A stretch of DNA of 64,000 nucleotides, taken from positions 177,682 through 241,681 of the IMG/VR virus record IMGVR_UViG_3300028805_002025, one strand, 5' to 3'. The notes under the pieces were generated by a model that had not been told where the DNA came from, ran no database searches, and saw only the letters and a list, made by a program, of their open reading frames with translations. Origin of the DNA: a virus. Taxonomy: Duplodnaviria > Caudoviricetes. This document shows positions 19,660 through 29,261 of the stretch, piece by piece. Position numbers and translations under genes: made by a program. Positions within the stretch are counted from its first letter, which is position 1, and each line of letters starts with the position of its first letter.

Positions 19660-21834
19660 TTAAGCTCCACGAACATACAACTTAGTACCGTCAGAAATAA
19701 CATTTATTTCTCCATATTTTCCTATACCAATTGTAATTGGGTCTCCCAATAAAATGTATTGGCTACCTGATACAGTTACTGTTGCTTCGCTTCCAGAATT
19801 GTTTTTAACAAAAACATGTATTTCATATCCATCTGGTAATGTATTACCGCTTAGTGAGAATGTATTTGAAGCACTACTTGTTTCTATTACTACTAATCTC
19901 TTAGTTGTTGGTATATTTGTCAATGATGTCAAACCAGTATTAGAGCCAGTATAGAAATCTGTAAATGACTTAGAAGCAGTAACTGCACTATTGGATTCAA
20001 CAGCGCTTTCAATTGCCCCACTAACACTTGCGTTATCAGTAATGGCACTAGTTATGATTGCTTCAACTCTAGTTTCAATTGTTGTACTTGAAGAAACTAT
20101 ATTCTCAACTGTCGGAGAGAAATCAGTAATTGCACTAGATTCATGAGTATGCACTAATGGAGCATAATCTCCCTTTGCTTGATACACCTCGCTATAGTCA
20201 TGTGTATGGTTACCAGCTGCTACAGTACCTTCTGTAGTTCCTGTATTCAAAAATGCTGCATCACCAAGACCTGGAACTGATATGGTATTTTGTAACTCTC
20301 CATTTACTGTAAGGGTAAGACTACCATTAGTAGAACCGCTTCCAAGAGAAACTGAAGAAACACCTCCAGCCACAGCATCATCAACCTTTCTCTCTAACTT
20401 TCCAATTGCTACATTAAGAGAATCACTAGTTGAAATGTTAGAAGCAGAAGTTGCCTTCTCATATCCACTCATACTTGTAATAGCGCTTGATGCATAAGTC
20501 TGACTACTAATCTTGTTGTCAATTGAATTCTTATCATAAGTATAGCCGCTTACTATTGCTTCTACAGCACCATTTACAGAAGAATCCTCTTCAATTACCT
20601 TCGTTATTGAATTGATAACCTCTGTATTGCTACTAACTGCATTTGAAATGGCATCACTAAGTCCATTAACGTTAGTTGCAGAAACCGATTCAGCAGATGC
20701 TGCTGTAGTTGAGCTATAAGCGTTTCTAACAACAACTGTAGATGATGAACCACTCAATTCATCCCTTGTAAAATAGTTATCTGGGTTGAAAATGTCAGTC
20801 AATGATAGACTTATATCCTCTTTACCTGCATCAGTATTAAATGTTATGACAAGGTTAGAACCGCTAATTGTAACATTGTCAACCATTCCATCTTTAATGA
20901 AATCTGTTGCGTCTATATAATCTATTACACTAGTTTTTGCAGATGTTGCATAGAAATTGATTCTCTTAGAATCGCTATCATATTCAACCTCGCCAAACTT
21001 GTTTGATGTAGCAGTGTCAATTGCGTTTTGTACCGCAGTATCGCTTGTAATTGCACTTGTGATTGCTGAATTAACTGCATCGATTACTGCTTGGTTTTCC
21101 GTAATTGCAGATGCAACAAGTCCATTAACTTGACTTTCCTTAACATATCCAGGAGAGTTTGTGAAAGCACTTAAATCAGTTGGAATATCATTACTCTTTG
21201 CATATCTTTCATCGAGCACATCATTAGTAAATGCTGATATGACATTGTTAACAGATTTCTCAACTTCAGTATTGCTTGAAATAACTTGTGTTATTGAGCT
21301 AATTACTTCTTGGCTGTTAGTTATAGAACTAGAAACAATGTTAGTTACAGCATTAATCACATCACCATTAGTAGATACTGCATTAGATACGCCATCGTTG
21401 AAATCATTAATATCGTTATATTGGTGTTTGTGTCCACTGTCTGACTTACCATTAAGTAACTCAGTCAATTCTTCCGTGTCAGTATATGCTGTAAGTTTGT
21501 TTGACACAATTGTTTCCACCATACCGCTAACTGCATCGTCTTCACTGATAATTTTGGTAATTGCACTTATTACAGTGTCATCGTTTTCAATTGCATTAGA
21601 AATCTTATCATCCAATGCTTCTTTAACTCCCTGGTCATTCTTTATAGAATCTTCAATTTTGTCGTTAAGTTCACTATTGTCAACTTTTGCTGCTAATCCA
21701 TCTGTAACAGCCTTTTGAGACATGATGTCTGTCATTGAAGAACCAGTTGTTTGAACAGGCACAATTGGTTGTATTGTATAGTTAGTAAGAGTTACAAATT
21801 GGCCTTGCTCGTTCTTATATTTTAAAACTGCCAT
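19660..21834 (-). CDS. Tail fibre segment/adaptor
   Basis: MAVLKYKNEQGQF start, QTTGSSMTDIMSQKAVT, FIKDGMV module, HTH motifs, C-term LYVRGA. Confidence 0.7.
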   Translation of the reverse strand: MAVLKYKNEQGQFVTLTNYTIQPIVPVQTTGSSMTDIMSQKAVTDGLAAKVDNSELNDKIEDSIKNDQGVKEALDDKISNAIENDDTVISAITKIISEDDAVSGMVETIVSNKLTAYTDTEELTELLNGKSDSGHKHQYNDINDFNDGVSNAVSTNGDVINAVTNIVSSSITNSQEVISSITQVISSNTEVEKSVNNVISAFTNDVLDERYAKSNDIPTDLSAFTNSPGYVKESQVNGLVASAITENQAVIDAVNSAITSAITSDTAVQNAIDTATSNKFGEVEYDSDSKRINFYATSAKTSVIDYIDATDFIKDGMVDNVTISGSNLVITFNTDAGKEDISLSLTDIFNPDNYFTRDELSGSSSTVVVRNAYSSTTAASAESVSATNVNGLSDAISNAVSSNTEVINSITKVIEEDSSVNGAVEAIVSGYTYDKNSIDNKISSQTYASSAITSMSGYEKATSASNISTSDSLNVAIGKLERKVDDAVAGGVSSVSLGSGSTNGSLTLTVNGELQNTISVPGLGDAAFLNTGTTEGTVAAGNHTHDYSEVYQAKGDYAPLVHTHESSAITDFSPTVENIVSSSTTIETRVEAIITSAITDNASVSGAIESAVESNSAVTASKSFTDFYTGSNTGLTSLTNIPTTKRLVVIETSSASNTFSLSGNTLPDGYEIHVFVKNNSGSEATVTVSGSQYILLGDPITIGIGKYGEINVISDGTKLYVRGA

Positions 21835-22121
21835 AATTTATTATGTTTTATTAAATTTATTATTTTATAAGTTATATATTATCAATAGTAAATCCTGTTG
21901 AACTCCGACCAACAAATCTTGTTCAACCAATATATTTTTTAACTGTTTATATACTGTTTTTAATCATAAAATTTTAATTATCATTTAAAATATTATTTTT
22001 CTTACTTGGATATACATCCCTTATAATTGACAATGCTGTCAGACTTCAGAAAAAATATAAATTAAATATAATTTCTTTTTATATAAATAGTTAATTAATC
22101 TAATTAATTATGTTTTTTAAT

Positions 22122-22159
22122 AAAAAAAATGAGCAACTATTATTGTTGCTCATTTTTTT
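22122..22159. terminator. Bidirectional terminator
   Basis: AAAAAAATGAGCAAC / GTTGCTCATTTTTTT. Confidence 0.75.
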
Positions 22160-22197
22160 GTTACTATTTGTATAAACTGTTATGTTGCAGCCTAAAT

Positions 22198-25038
22198 TCA
22201 TCCTATTTGTGTTATTCTCACATAGCCATTACCAGAGTGGCCTGTCTCACTACCGCTGGACGTTGATGGGAATGACGTGTTGCCGCCTTTGGTCTCAGCA
22301 TTGGAAAGATAATAATCGCTACCAAGGATATAACCACTTGGCTTATAACTACTTGAAGTTAATACATAGCCAGAGCCTCCTCCAGCAGGACCTCTACGTG
22401 CGCCGCCGCCGCCGTACCAACCGCCGCCACCGCCAGCGATTCTACTAGATGTGTCAGTTGTGGAATTTCCTCCTCCAGTTCCAAACGATGCTGAAACTGG
22501 TCCAGTTCCATCAACAGCAGCACCTGGAGCTGATTGACCGCCTCCAGTACCATATCCTTGATAATAGCTAGAAGGAGTGCCTCCACTTGTTCCTCCTCCA
22601 TAACCACCAGGATAGTAGTACTGTGCAGTGCTTCTGGTTCCGCCGCCACCGCCGCCACCAGCTACTATAGCACGTGCATATAAACTATCTGTACCTATTC
22701 TAATATCTGACGCGCCTCCGCCAGCACCATTGTTATAGTTACTACTTGGAGCATATGCTCTACCTCCTCCATTGAAACCTCCGTTTATTATTTGTCCAGT
22801 AGAACTACCGCCTGAGCCTCCTACATAAACATACACTGTAGTGGCAGTATTTAATGTTAAAGTTCCTTTAGAATAGCCACCTTTACCACCAGCCGAAGAA
22901 GTGGAGCTATATCCAGCGCCTCCTTGCGCTCCCCAACATTCAAATGTATATGTACCTGGTTGTAGAATAACGGTCTGTTTAGAACCAGTATAAGTATAGT
23001 TGTTTATAATAGGCTCAAATTGGCCTTCAATGGTTATGCCATAACTACCAGATGCATCATTATAGTTTGTACCTCCAGTAATTGTAGCTGTAATTGTCAC
23101 ACTTCCTTGTGCTACTCCTGTAACAACTCCGCTACTATTAACCGTTGCCTTGCTTGTGTCAGAAGAAGAATAAGTTAATGTTCCATCAGATGAACCAGCA
23201 GATACATTTGCTACATTTGATACCGTACTACCAACAGTGACAGATGTTGTTGGGTTAGAGAAGGTTACAGTACGGCTGGCTTTGTACACTTGAACTGTTA
23301 CATAACTTGACCAAGGTGACGCATTGTAATTTGCATTGCCAGTCCAACGTGCCCTAGTTGTGTGAGAGCCAACAGAAGTCTGAGACTGTGCGCTTTCCCA
23401 CTCTATAGAGCCTACGCCACCACCGCCACTAGCTGTTGCAGTTGCAGTAGTTGGATATGTAGTCGTAGCACCTACAGCAGTTGGTGCTGATTGGTCTGCC
23501 TTGGCAATCGTTGTGCTTGCGCTTGCTGCATTCGTTCCACCACTATGATTTGAATCTGGAACTGCTTTCCACCAAGTAACATATGTTCCAGCATTTGTCT
23601 GTGTTGGAACTGTAGTTGTATAAGTACCTGTCTGTGAAGCACTATACTCTATAGAGCCGCCATTTGCAGTGCCTCCACTCATCAATGCTCTTGCAGTATT
23701 ATCATAGGTATACGTAGTGGCACTTGGTGCAATATAAGTCATAGCTGCCTTTGCAATAGAACAAGCTACACTACTAGAAGCGGTACAACATACATTAGTG
23801 TTGCCAGTTACCTTCCAATACACAGTGTATGATGTAGCATTTGTTCCACTAGGTACTGATGTGCTCCAAGACGAATTATCTGTAGAGTATACCATTGTAC
23901 CGAAAGAAGTATAACCAGCATTTACAAGTGCTTGAGCACTACCATTCCAAGTAAGACTCTTTGCTGTAGGCGCAGTACATTCTGCACAAGTAATCGTAAA
24001 TGTCTTGCTACCACTTACAGTATAATTACCACCAGCGTTATCAGTAATGGTACAAGTACCAGTACCTACATTAGTATTGTTACTATAACTTACAGTATAT
24101 TCACTGCTTGCAATAGTCACGCTATCATCCTTAACCGTTGGGGTTGGCTGATAAGCGGTGTTGTTGTACACATACGAATTTTGAGATAATGTTATGATAG
24201 GACTGCTTACGGTCTTAGGGAATACAGTAGTACTAATACTAGCTGATGCCTTATCATTATGGTTTGAATCTCCTACAATTCTCCAATATGTTGTATAAGT
24301 ACTAGCATTGGTCTGTGAAGGTATGGTAGCACCCCAAGTACTGTTGTCGCTACTATATTGCATTGTACCGTCACTAGTAGAGCCACCATTCAACAATGCC
24401 TTTGAAGTTGTATCATAAGTTCTGTCGTTTGCTGTAGGTGAAGTATATGCTGGGTCAGCCTTTGCTATTGAAACTGATATACTATTTGCTGCAACATCAT
24501 TTATGTTAGAATCTCCAACAACTATATAATAAACAGTATAAGATGCGGCGTTAATACCACTTGGAATTGATGTACTATATGATGAATTATCCAAACTATA
24601 CTGTAATGTACCGTAGTTTGTAGAACCTGCATTAACCAATGCTTGTGCTGAACCATTATAAGTTAAACTCTTTGCTGTTGGCGCAACTACTGTTGGCGTT
24701 ACTTTGTTAATTATAAACGTGCCGTTTGCTGTACCTTCATAATCGCCAACACCAGATATAACTACCTCATATGAACCAGCATTTATACCTCCAAAGTTTT
24801 GTGTAACGATATAGTCAGTGTTTTCTATTAAAGTAACACCATTTAATCTAACAGTAATGTCTTGCGCTATTTGATTACTACCATTATACGTAACGCTAGC
24901 ACAAGTTACTATGGCATCATCAATAGGCTTACTAAGTGGATATAATAATGTGTAGCCAAGGTACAATTTTACATCATTGTTGCCTAGTTTTAGACTCTTA
25001 ACATTTAAATCTCCAATATAGAATTTGCTATTAGCCAT
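22198..25038 (-). CDS. Fibre/adhesin: Ig-like repeats, Big_2 and glycine-rich tip
   Basis: N-terminal repeats paralogous to 16998..19571; C-terminal ~365 aa paralogous to 10529..11671. Confidence 0.75.
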   Translation of the reverse strand: MANSKFYIGDLNVKSLKLGNNDVKLYLGYTLLYPLSKPIDDAIVTCASVTYNGSNQIAQDITVRLNGVTLIENTDYIVTQNFGGINAGSYEVVISGVGDYEGTANGTFIINKVTPTVVAPTAKSLTYNGSAQALVNAGSTNYGTLQYSLDNSSYSTSIPSGINAASYTVYYIVVGDSNINDVAANSISVSIAKADPAYTSPTANDRTYDTTSKALLNGGSTSDGTMQYSSDNSTWGATIPSQTNASTYTTYWRIVGDSNHNDKASASISTTVFPKTVSSPIITLSQNSYVYNNTAYQPTPTVKDDSVTIASSEYTVSYSNNTNVGTGTCTITDNAGGNYTVSGSKTFTITCAECTAPTAKSLTWNGSAQALVNAGYTSFGTMVYSTDNSSWSTSVPSGTNATSYTVYWKVTGNTNVCCTASSSVACSIAKAAMTYIAPSATTYTYDNTARALMSGGTANGGSIEYSASQTGTYTTTVPTQTNAGTYVTWWKAVPDSNHSGGTNAASASTTIAKADQSAPTAVGATTTYPTTATATASGGGGVGSIEWESAQSQTSVGSHTTRARWTGNANYNASPWSSYVTVQVYKASRTVTFSNPTTSVTVGSTVSNVANVSAGSSDGTLTYSSSDTSKATVNSSGVVTGVAQGSVTITATITGGTNYNDASGSYGITIEGQFEPIINNYTYTGSKQTVILQPGTYTFECWGAQGGAGYSSTSSAGGKGGYSKGTLTLNTATTVYVYVGGSGGSSTGQIINGGFNGGGRAYAPSSNYNNGAGGGASDIRIGTDSLYARAIVAGGGGGGGTRSTAQYYYPGGYGGGTSGGTPSSYYQGYGTGGGQSAPGAAVDGTGPVSASFGTGGGNSTTDTSSRIAGGGGGWYGGGGARRGPAGGGSGYVLTSSSYKPSGYILGSDYYLSNAETKGGNTSFPSTSSGSETGHSGNGYVRITQIG

Positions 25039-25050
25039 AACAATGAATTA

Positions 25051-26052
25051 TTAATCTGTTATTATGTATAATGTATTTTCATCTTTTGACTGAAGATTTG
25101 TATAATCTGTTTGAGAAATCTTCATAAGTCGTATTCCGTCAAACCTACTTTCTAGCTTTCCAATTGCTTGGTTCAATGTGTCACTAGTTTGTATTGGACT
25201 AACAGTGCCCCCACTTGAATAACCAGTCATTGCTGAAATTGTGTTTGATGCTTGTTCATGACTATTACTTGCATATTCACTGTGAGTGTGATTTCCAACA
25301 GCAACTGTACTGTTTGTAGTGCCAGTGTTTAGGAATGCCGCATTACCAAGTCCTGTTACATTAACATCTACCCCCTCAACAGAAATAGTACCGTTTGAAG
25401 AGCCACTTGTAAAGTCCAATGCACCAGTATTAATATCAGTACTTAGTACTTGTGTTCCGTTAACATTTACATCACGCCAAGTATTAGTATCTGGTACATT
25501 TGTGTTACCGCTTGTAACACGTCCATAATCATCTACAACAACGGAGCTATATATGCCAGCAGTTCCTGTTGTTGCAAGACTAATACTTTGGCTACCGTTT
25601 TCTTTTGCCCCAACAGAAATACCAGTTCCATTTGTAACACCACTCAACGCACCAAGTCCTGTTAAATCAGAAATTGTAACGTCAGTGCCAGCAGTGATAT
25701 GCCCATATGAATCTGAAGAAAGTTTCTTAAACCCATTTTGAGAGATACCATTAGCGTGTGTTATTGTAATAGTCCTACCACTAGCGGCTTTATCACTTAA
25801 TGATACTAAAATTTTAGTATCGCTAGTGACACTTACTACATCCCCACTATCAGCGTATGATTCAGCTTCAGCAAGGGCAGATATACAATTAATGAATGGT
25901 ATTATGGTATCGTTTGAATTCTTAATGTAAAGAACCTCATTACCAGCCCCATATCCAACAGCTATTTCTCCATATAACAAATCAGCAGCAGATGGTGCTG
26001 TAGTACCACTGCTCTTTAAATGAGAAATATGTCTAGCTATATTTTTTGCCAT
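25051..26052 (-). CDS. Tail fibre segment/adaptor
   Basis: N-term anchor (P...LLYGEIAVG...LYIKN), VVVDDYGRVTSG fibre motif, C-term ISQTDYTNLQSKDENTLYIITD. Confidence 0.7.
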   Translation of the reverse strand: MAKNIARHISHLKSSGTTAPSAADLLYGEIAVGYGAGNEVLYIKNSNDTIIPFINCISALAEAESYADSGDVVSVTSDTKILVSLSDKAASGRTITITHANGISQNGFKKLSSDSYGHITAGTDVTISDLTGLGALSGVTNGTGISVGAKENGSQSISLATTGTAGIYSSVVVDDYGRVTSGNTNVPDTNTWRDVNVNGTQVLSTDINTGALDFTSGSSNGTISVEGVDVNVTGLGNAAFLNTGTTNSTVAVGNHTHSEYASNSHEQASNTISAMTGYSSGGTVSPIQTSDTLNQAIGKLESRFDGIRLMKISQTDYTNLQSKDENTLYIITD

Positions 26053-26131
26053 ATTTGAAAATGTATTAATTTTAAAAAATTAAGTGGATAATTTTATAAA
26101 AATATCCACCTAATTTATTTTATGTGATAAT

Positions 26132-28324
26132 TTAATCAAATGTTCCACAATCATATATGTTTGAAAGTTTCAAACCATCGTTTTCTATGGTAAGTCTTCC
26201 ACTATCATTAGATGCAGAAAGTGTCAATTCTATTGTGCTTGCAAAGCCATCCTCATTAGGGGTTTCTGTTACGGCAATACCGCCATTAGCACTTGTAATT
26301 GTTCGTCCAGAAATAGCGGATTTTCTTGCAGCAATTTCGCTCTTCAAACTTGCATATAGATTTTCTATACCAGTTTGTACAGAATCTGTTGCAGACACAC
26401 CACTTACCTTTGCAGCACCACTTGTAATATCAGCCTCTGCGGTCAATCCACTAATCTTTGAAGCATCTGTTTCAATGTTATATGTTTTATTGCCAACTGC
26501 ATCATCTATAGAGGCTGCGATACTACCATTATTTGACGTAATAGCAGTAACAGTTTTTCCACTCAATGCTTCAAGGTCATTAGCATTTGCAATGTTGCTT
26601 TCGCTAACTGTAACGGCGGTAATCTTACCATCAACCTCTTCAACTCCAACGGTTACGTGGGTAGAATTGCCACTAACATCAGCATCAAGTCCTGCTACAG
26701 AATTGGCAAGAATAGCATCAGCATATCTCTTAGCACCTTCAATAGAAGTGTCACCACTTACTGAACTAGAATTTCCGCTTAATGCTGCAAATTCTTCAGC
26801 AACTGCCTGTGCAGATGCAATGTCATCCTCAGTAACTGTAACGGCAGTCAATACGCCATCAGCTTCTCCTACTGTTACAGAAATGTGAGTTGTAGCACCG
26901 CTTTCAACAGCATCAAGAGCATTAACTGCTCCGTCAATAGCGTCTTGTACACCAGAAAGCTTGAAACCATTAGCCCCAACAGTCAAGAATGCTTCAGAAG
27001 ATGGGTCTACAACACCATGAGCAACATGGTCTGTAACTGTAATGCCACTAGCAAATTCAGCCTCCAAAACAAGTGAAGAAATATCGACATATTCAGTCTG
27101 GGTATTACCGCTTACGTCAATGTAAGTATATTTAAGATTCTGATCATGTATGTCTGATGAATCCGTAATATATTCAATACTTACAACTGAGCTGTCTTTA
27201 TAAACCTTAATTGAAGCACCCAATTGGCTTCCATCAGTTCCAATAAGTGCAAACTCTTCTTTAACCGTTGTTGAAGAAGGAGTTATACCACTCAACTTGA
27301 TGTCAGTATAAACACCAGCATCACCATCTTTTGCAAGCACGTGCTCATTAGTTTTGATATTAACACTAATGTCAGTTCCACTTACAGTAGGTGTTACATT
27401 AATAGAACCGTCTTCGTCATTAATAGTAATGGAAGCTGTTTTATTTTCTAATTTACTCAATGCAACGTTGATTGTGTCATCAGAAGCAATGCTACCAGTA
27501 TCATTGGTTTTTGAATATCCACCAAGTTGCAAATCTTTAACGTTGGTTTTTGTTTCAGATACAACGCCATCAGACTCAGATACTGTTGTTACAACCTTAC
27601 CATTTTCAGCAGAAGCTGCCTTATCCATTTCATGAATGGTCTTCTGTAATTTACCAAGAGCTTCACCTAGAGTATCACCTGTAGCCACATCAGCAACAGA
27701 AGAAGCCTCAGCATATCCAGCTAATTTAATACCACTAATATTAACAGATGTGCCGCTTACTGCGCCGTCAGTCTGATTAAGGCTTACAAGAACCTTATTA
27801 TCATCAGCAGCTAGATTATAGTCAAGTGCCTCAATTGCAGCCTCTCTAGCATCTTCTTCTGCGTCTATCTGATTCTCAAGTTTTGCAATTGCTTGATTAA
27901 TTGAATCCGTAGAAACAACAGAACCACTATCACTACCTTTTGCGTATTCAGTAAGTTTCAATGTGCCAACATTAGCAGTAAGGCCACTAATTTTTCCATC
28001 AGCTTGCTGAATTTGTGTTAATACTGATGAATCAGTACCGCCAATAGGTCCATAATCAAGGCCATCAAGTACGTTTTCGAACTCCTTGTCATTGTTAAAG
28101 AATGTAACTCCTGTAGTGTTACCATTTACATAAACCACTCCAAGTATTGTGCGCACTTCTGTGCTTTCTCCAACCGTTACTGTATAACGTCCAGCAATAG
28201 GGCTACCATCAAGAAGTTGGAGTTGTTGGGCTTTAGCAATCAAGCCTTTTTTTGCAGATGCCATATCCGAATAAGTGGATAAGTTAGCATTACGCAAAAA
28301 TTGAATTGTTCTTAAATTTGCCAT
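26132..28324 (-). CDS. Tail fibre segment
   Basis: RTIQFLRN start, repeated DSINQAIAKLE-type units, C-term DCGTFD. Confidence 0.7.
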   Translation of the reverse strand: MANLRTIQFLRNANLSTYSDMASAKKGLIAKAQQLQLLDGSPIAGRYTVTVGESTEVRTILGVVYVNGNTTGVTFFNNDKEFENVLDGLDYGPIGGTDSSVLTQIQQADGKISGLTANVGTLKLTEYAKGSDSGSVVSTDSINQAIAKLENQIDAEEDAREAAIEALDYNLAADDNKVLVSLNQTDGAVSGTSVNISGIKLAGYAEASSVADVATGDTLGEALGKLQKTIHEMDKAASAENGKVVTTVSESDGVVSETKTNVKDLQLGGYSKTNDTGSIASDDTINVALSKLENKTASITINDEDGSINVTPTVSGTDISVNIKTNEHVLAKDGDAGVYTDIKLSGITPSSTTVKEEFALIGTDGSQLGASIKVYKDSSVVSIEYITDSSDIHDQNLKYTYIDVSGNTQTEYVDISSLVLEAEFASGITVTDHVAHGVVDPSSEAFLTVGANGFKLSGVQDAIDGAVNALDAVESGATTHISVTVGEADGVLTAVTVTEDDIASAQAVAEEFAALSGNSSSVSGDTSIEGAKRYADAILANSVAGLDADVSGNSTHVTVGVEEVDGKITAVTVSESNIANANDLEALSGKTVTAITSNNGSIAASIDDAVGNKTYNIETDASKISGLTAEADITSGAAKVSGVSATDSVQTGIENLYASLKSEIAARKSAISGRTITSANGGIAVTETPNEDGFASTIELTLSASNDSGRLTIENDGLKLSNIYDCGTFD

Positions 28325-28351
28325 AATTTTTTAAAATATTTTATTATTTAT

Positions 28352-29173
28352 TTATATTCTTCCTTCAAGAGTTCTCACTCTAGCCTCAAGGCTATTGTAA
28401 TTGCTCTGTAATGTTGAAACCCTTGATTCCAAAGCAGATACTCTTGATTCCAATGATGCAATTGCTGAATCATGCCTATTGTTTGCAGTGTTCCTATCAG
28501 CAATCTCATTGTCAAGCTTTCTCTCAATACGCTGTTCCTCTCCAGTTGCACGGCTCACCTCAGTATTGATAAGACCAAGTAAAACATTGTCTTGTGCAAT
28601 CCTAGCCTCTCTTTCAACTCTCTCAGCTTCAAGTGCTCTGTTCTTCTCAACATCTATTGCCTCTTGAATATGGTTTATTGCTACGCCAGACGATGAAACG
28701 GTAAGAAAGTTTTCTCCACTACCACTGACGAACTTCTCACTGCTAGGGTCAATTAAAACATTGAATTTAGCATTGTTGAGTATAAGACCATCGCCAGCTT
28801 CAAGATTATTAATTAAGTCATTAAGGTCAATGTCAATCTTATCATCATTGTCAAATGTGATTATAAGGTGCTGTGTGTCCTTGTCATATTCGGCAGACTT
28901 GACGAGCTTGGAAGGTAAAATGTCTGTCATCTTAATTGACGCAATGGCGTTTCCATCAAGATTTTTGAATATCACTGATTCCAAGTCATTGTCGTAGTAT
29001 GCACTTCCGAACACCTCAGTATTATGTTTATTATAAAGGTCATCAATGCTATTAAATTCCTTTACATCATTCTCACGGCTTGCCCTCAACTCATCCTCTA
29101 TCTGGAATCTCTTGCTCATGTAGTCGTTTTCCTCGTCATAGCCATATGGCTCATACATTCTGTATTTTCCCAT
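28352..29173 (-). CDS. Structural protein with C-terminal coiled coil
   Basis: Fibre-cluster modules (YDKDTQHLIITF, AGDGL); heptads LESRVSALESRVSTL; own ATATTTAT (29197-29204). Confidence 0.65.
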   Translation of the reverse strand: MGKYRMYEPYGYDEENDYMSKRFQIEDELRASRENDVKEFNSIDDLYNKHNTEVFGSAYYDNDLESVIFKNLDGNAIASIKMTDILPSKLVKSAEYDKDTQHLIITFDNDDKIDIDLNDLINNLEAGDGLILNNAKFNVLIDPSSEKFVSGSGENFLTVSSSGVAINHIQEAIDVEKNRALEAERVEREARIAQDNVLLGLINTEVSRATGEEQRIERKLDNEIADRNTANNRHDSAIASLESRVSALESRVSTLQSNYNSLEARVRTLEGRI

Positions 29174-29200
29174 AATAAAATAAATTTTGTTTTTATATAA

Positions 29201-29243
29201 ATATCCCCACTCTATTATTTTTGTTTTTACAAAGTGGAGATAT
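29201..29243 (-). terminator. Hairpin, possible terminator
   Basis: ATATCCCCACT / AGTGGAGATAT imperfect inverted repeat. Confidence 0.4.
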
Positions 29244-29261
29244 GTTTATAATTGTCATGGA

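Noticed and set aside
21880-21967. Possible GIY-YIG remnant (minus strand MIKNSI*TVKKYIG*TR)
   Set aside because: Too short and interrupted to distinguish from chance in AT-rich DNA
10529-25038. Diversity-generating retroelement or invertible shufflon
   Set aside because: Paralog differences are not adenine-specific, the repeats are direct rather than inverted, and no RT or recombinase is in the window
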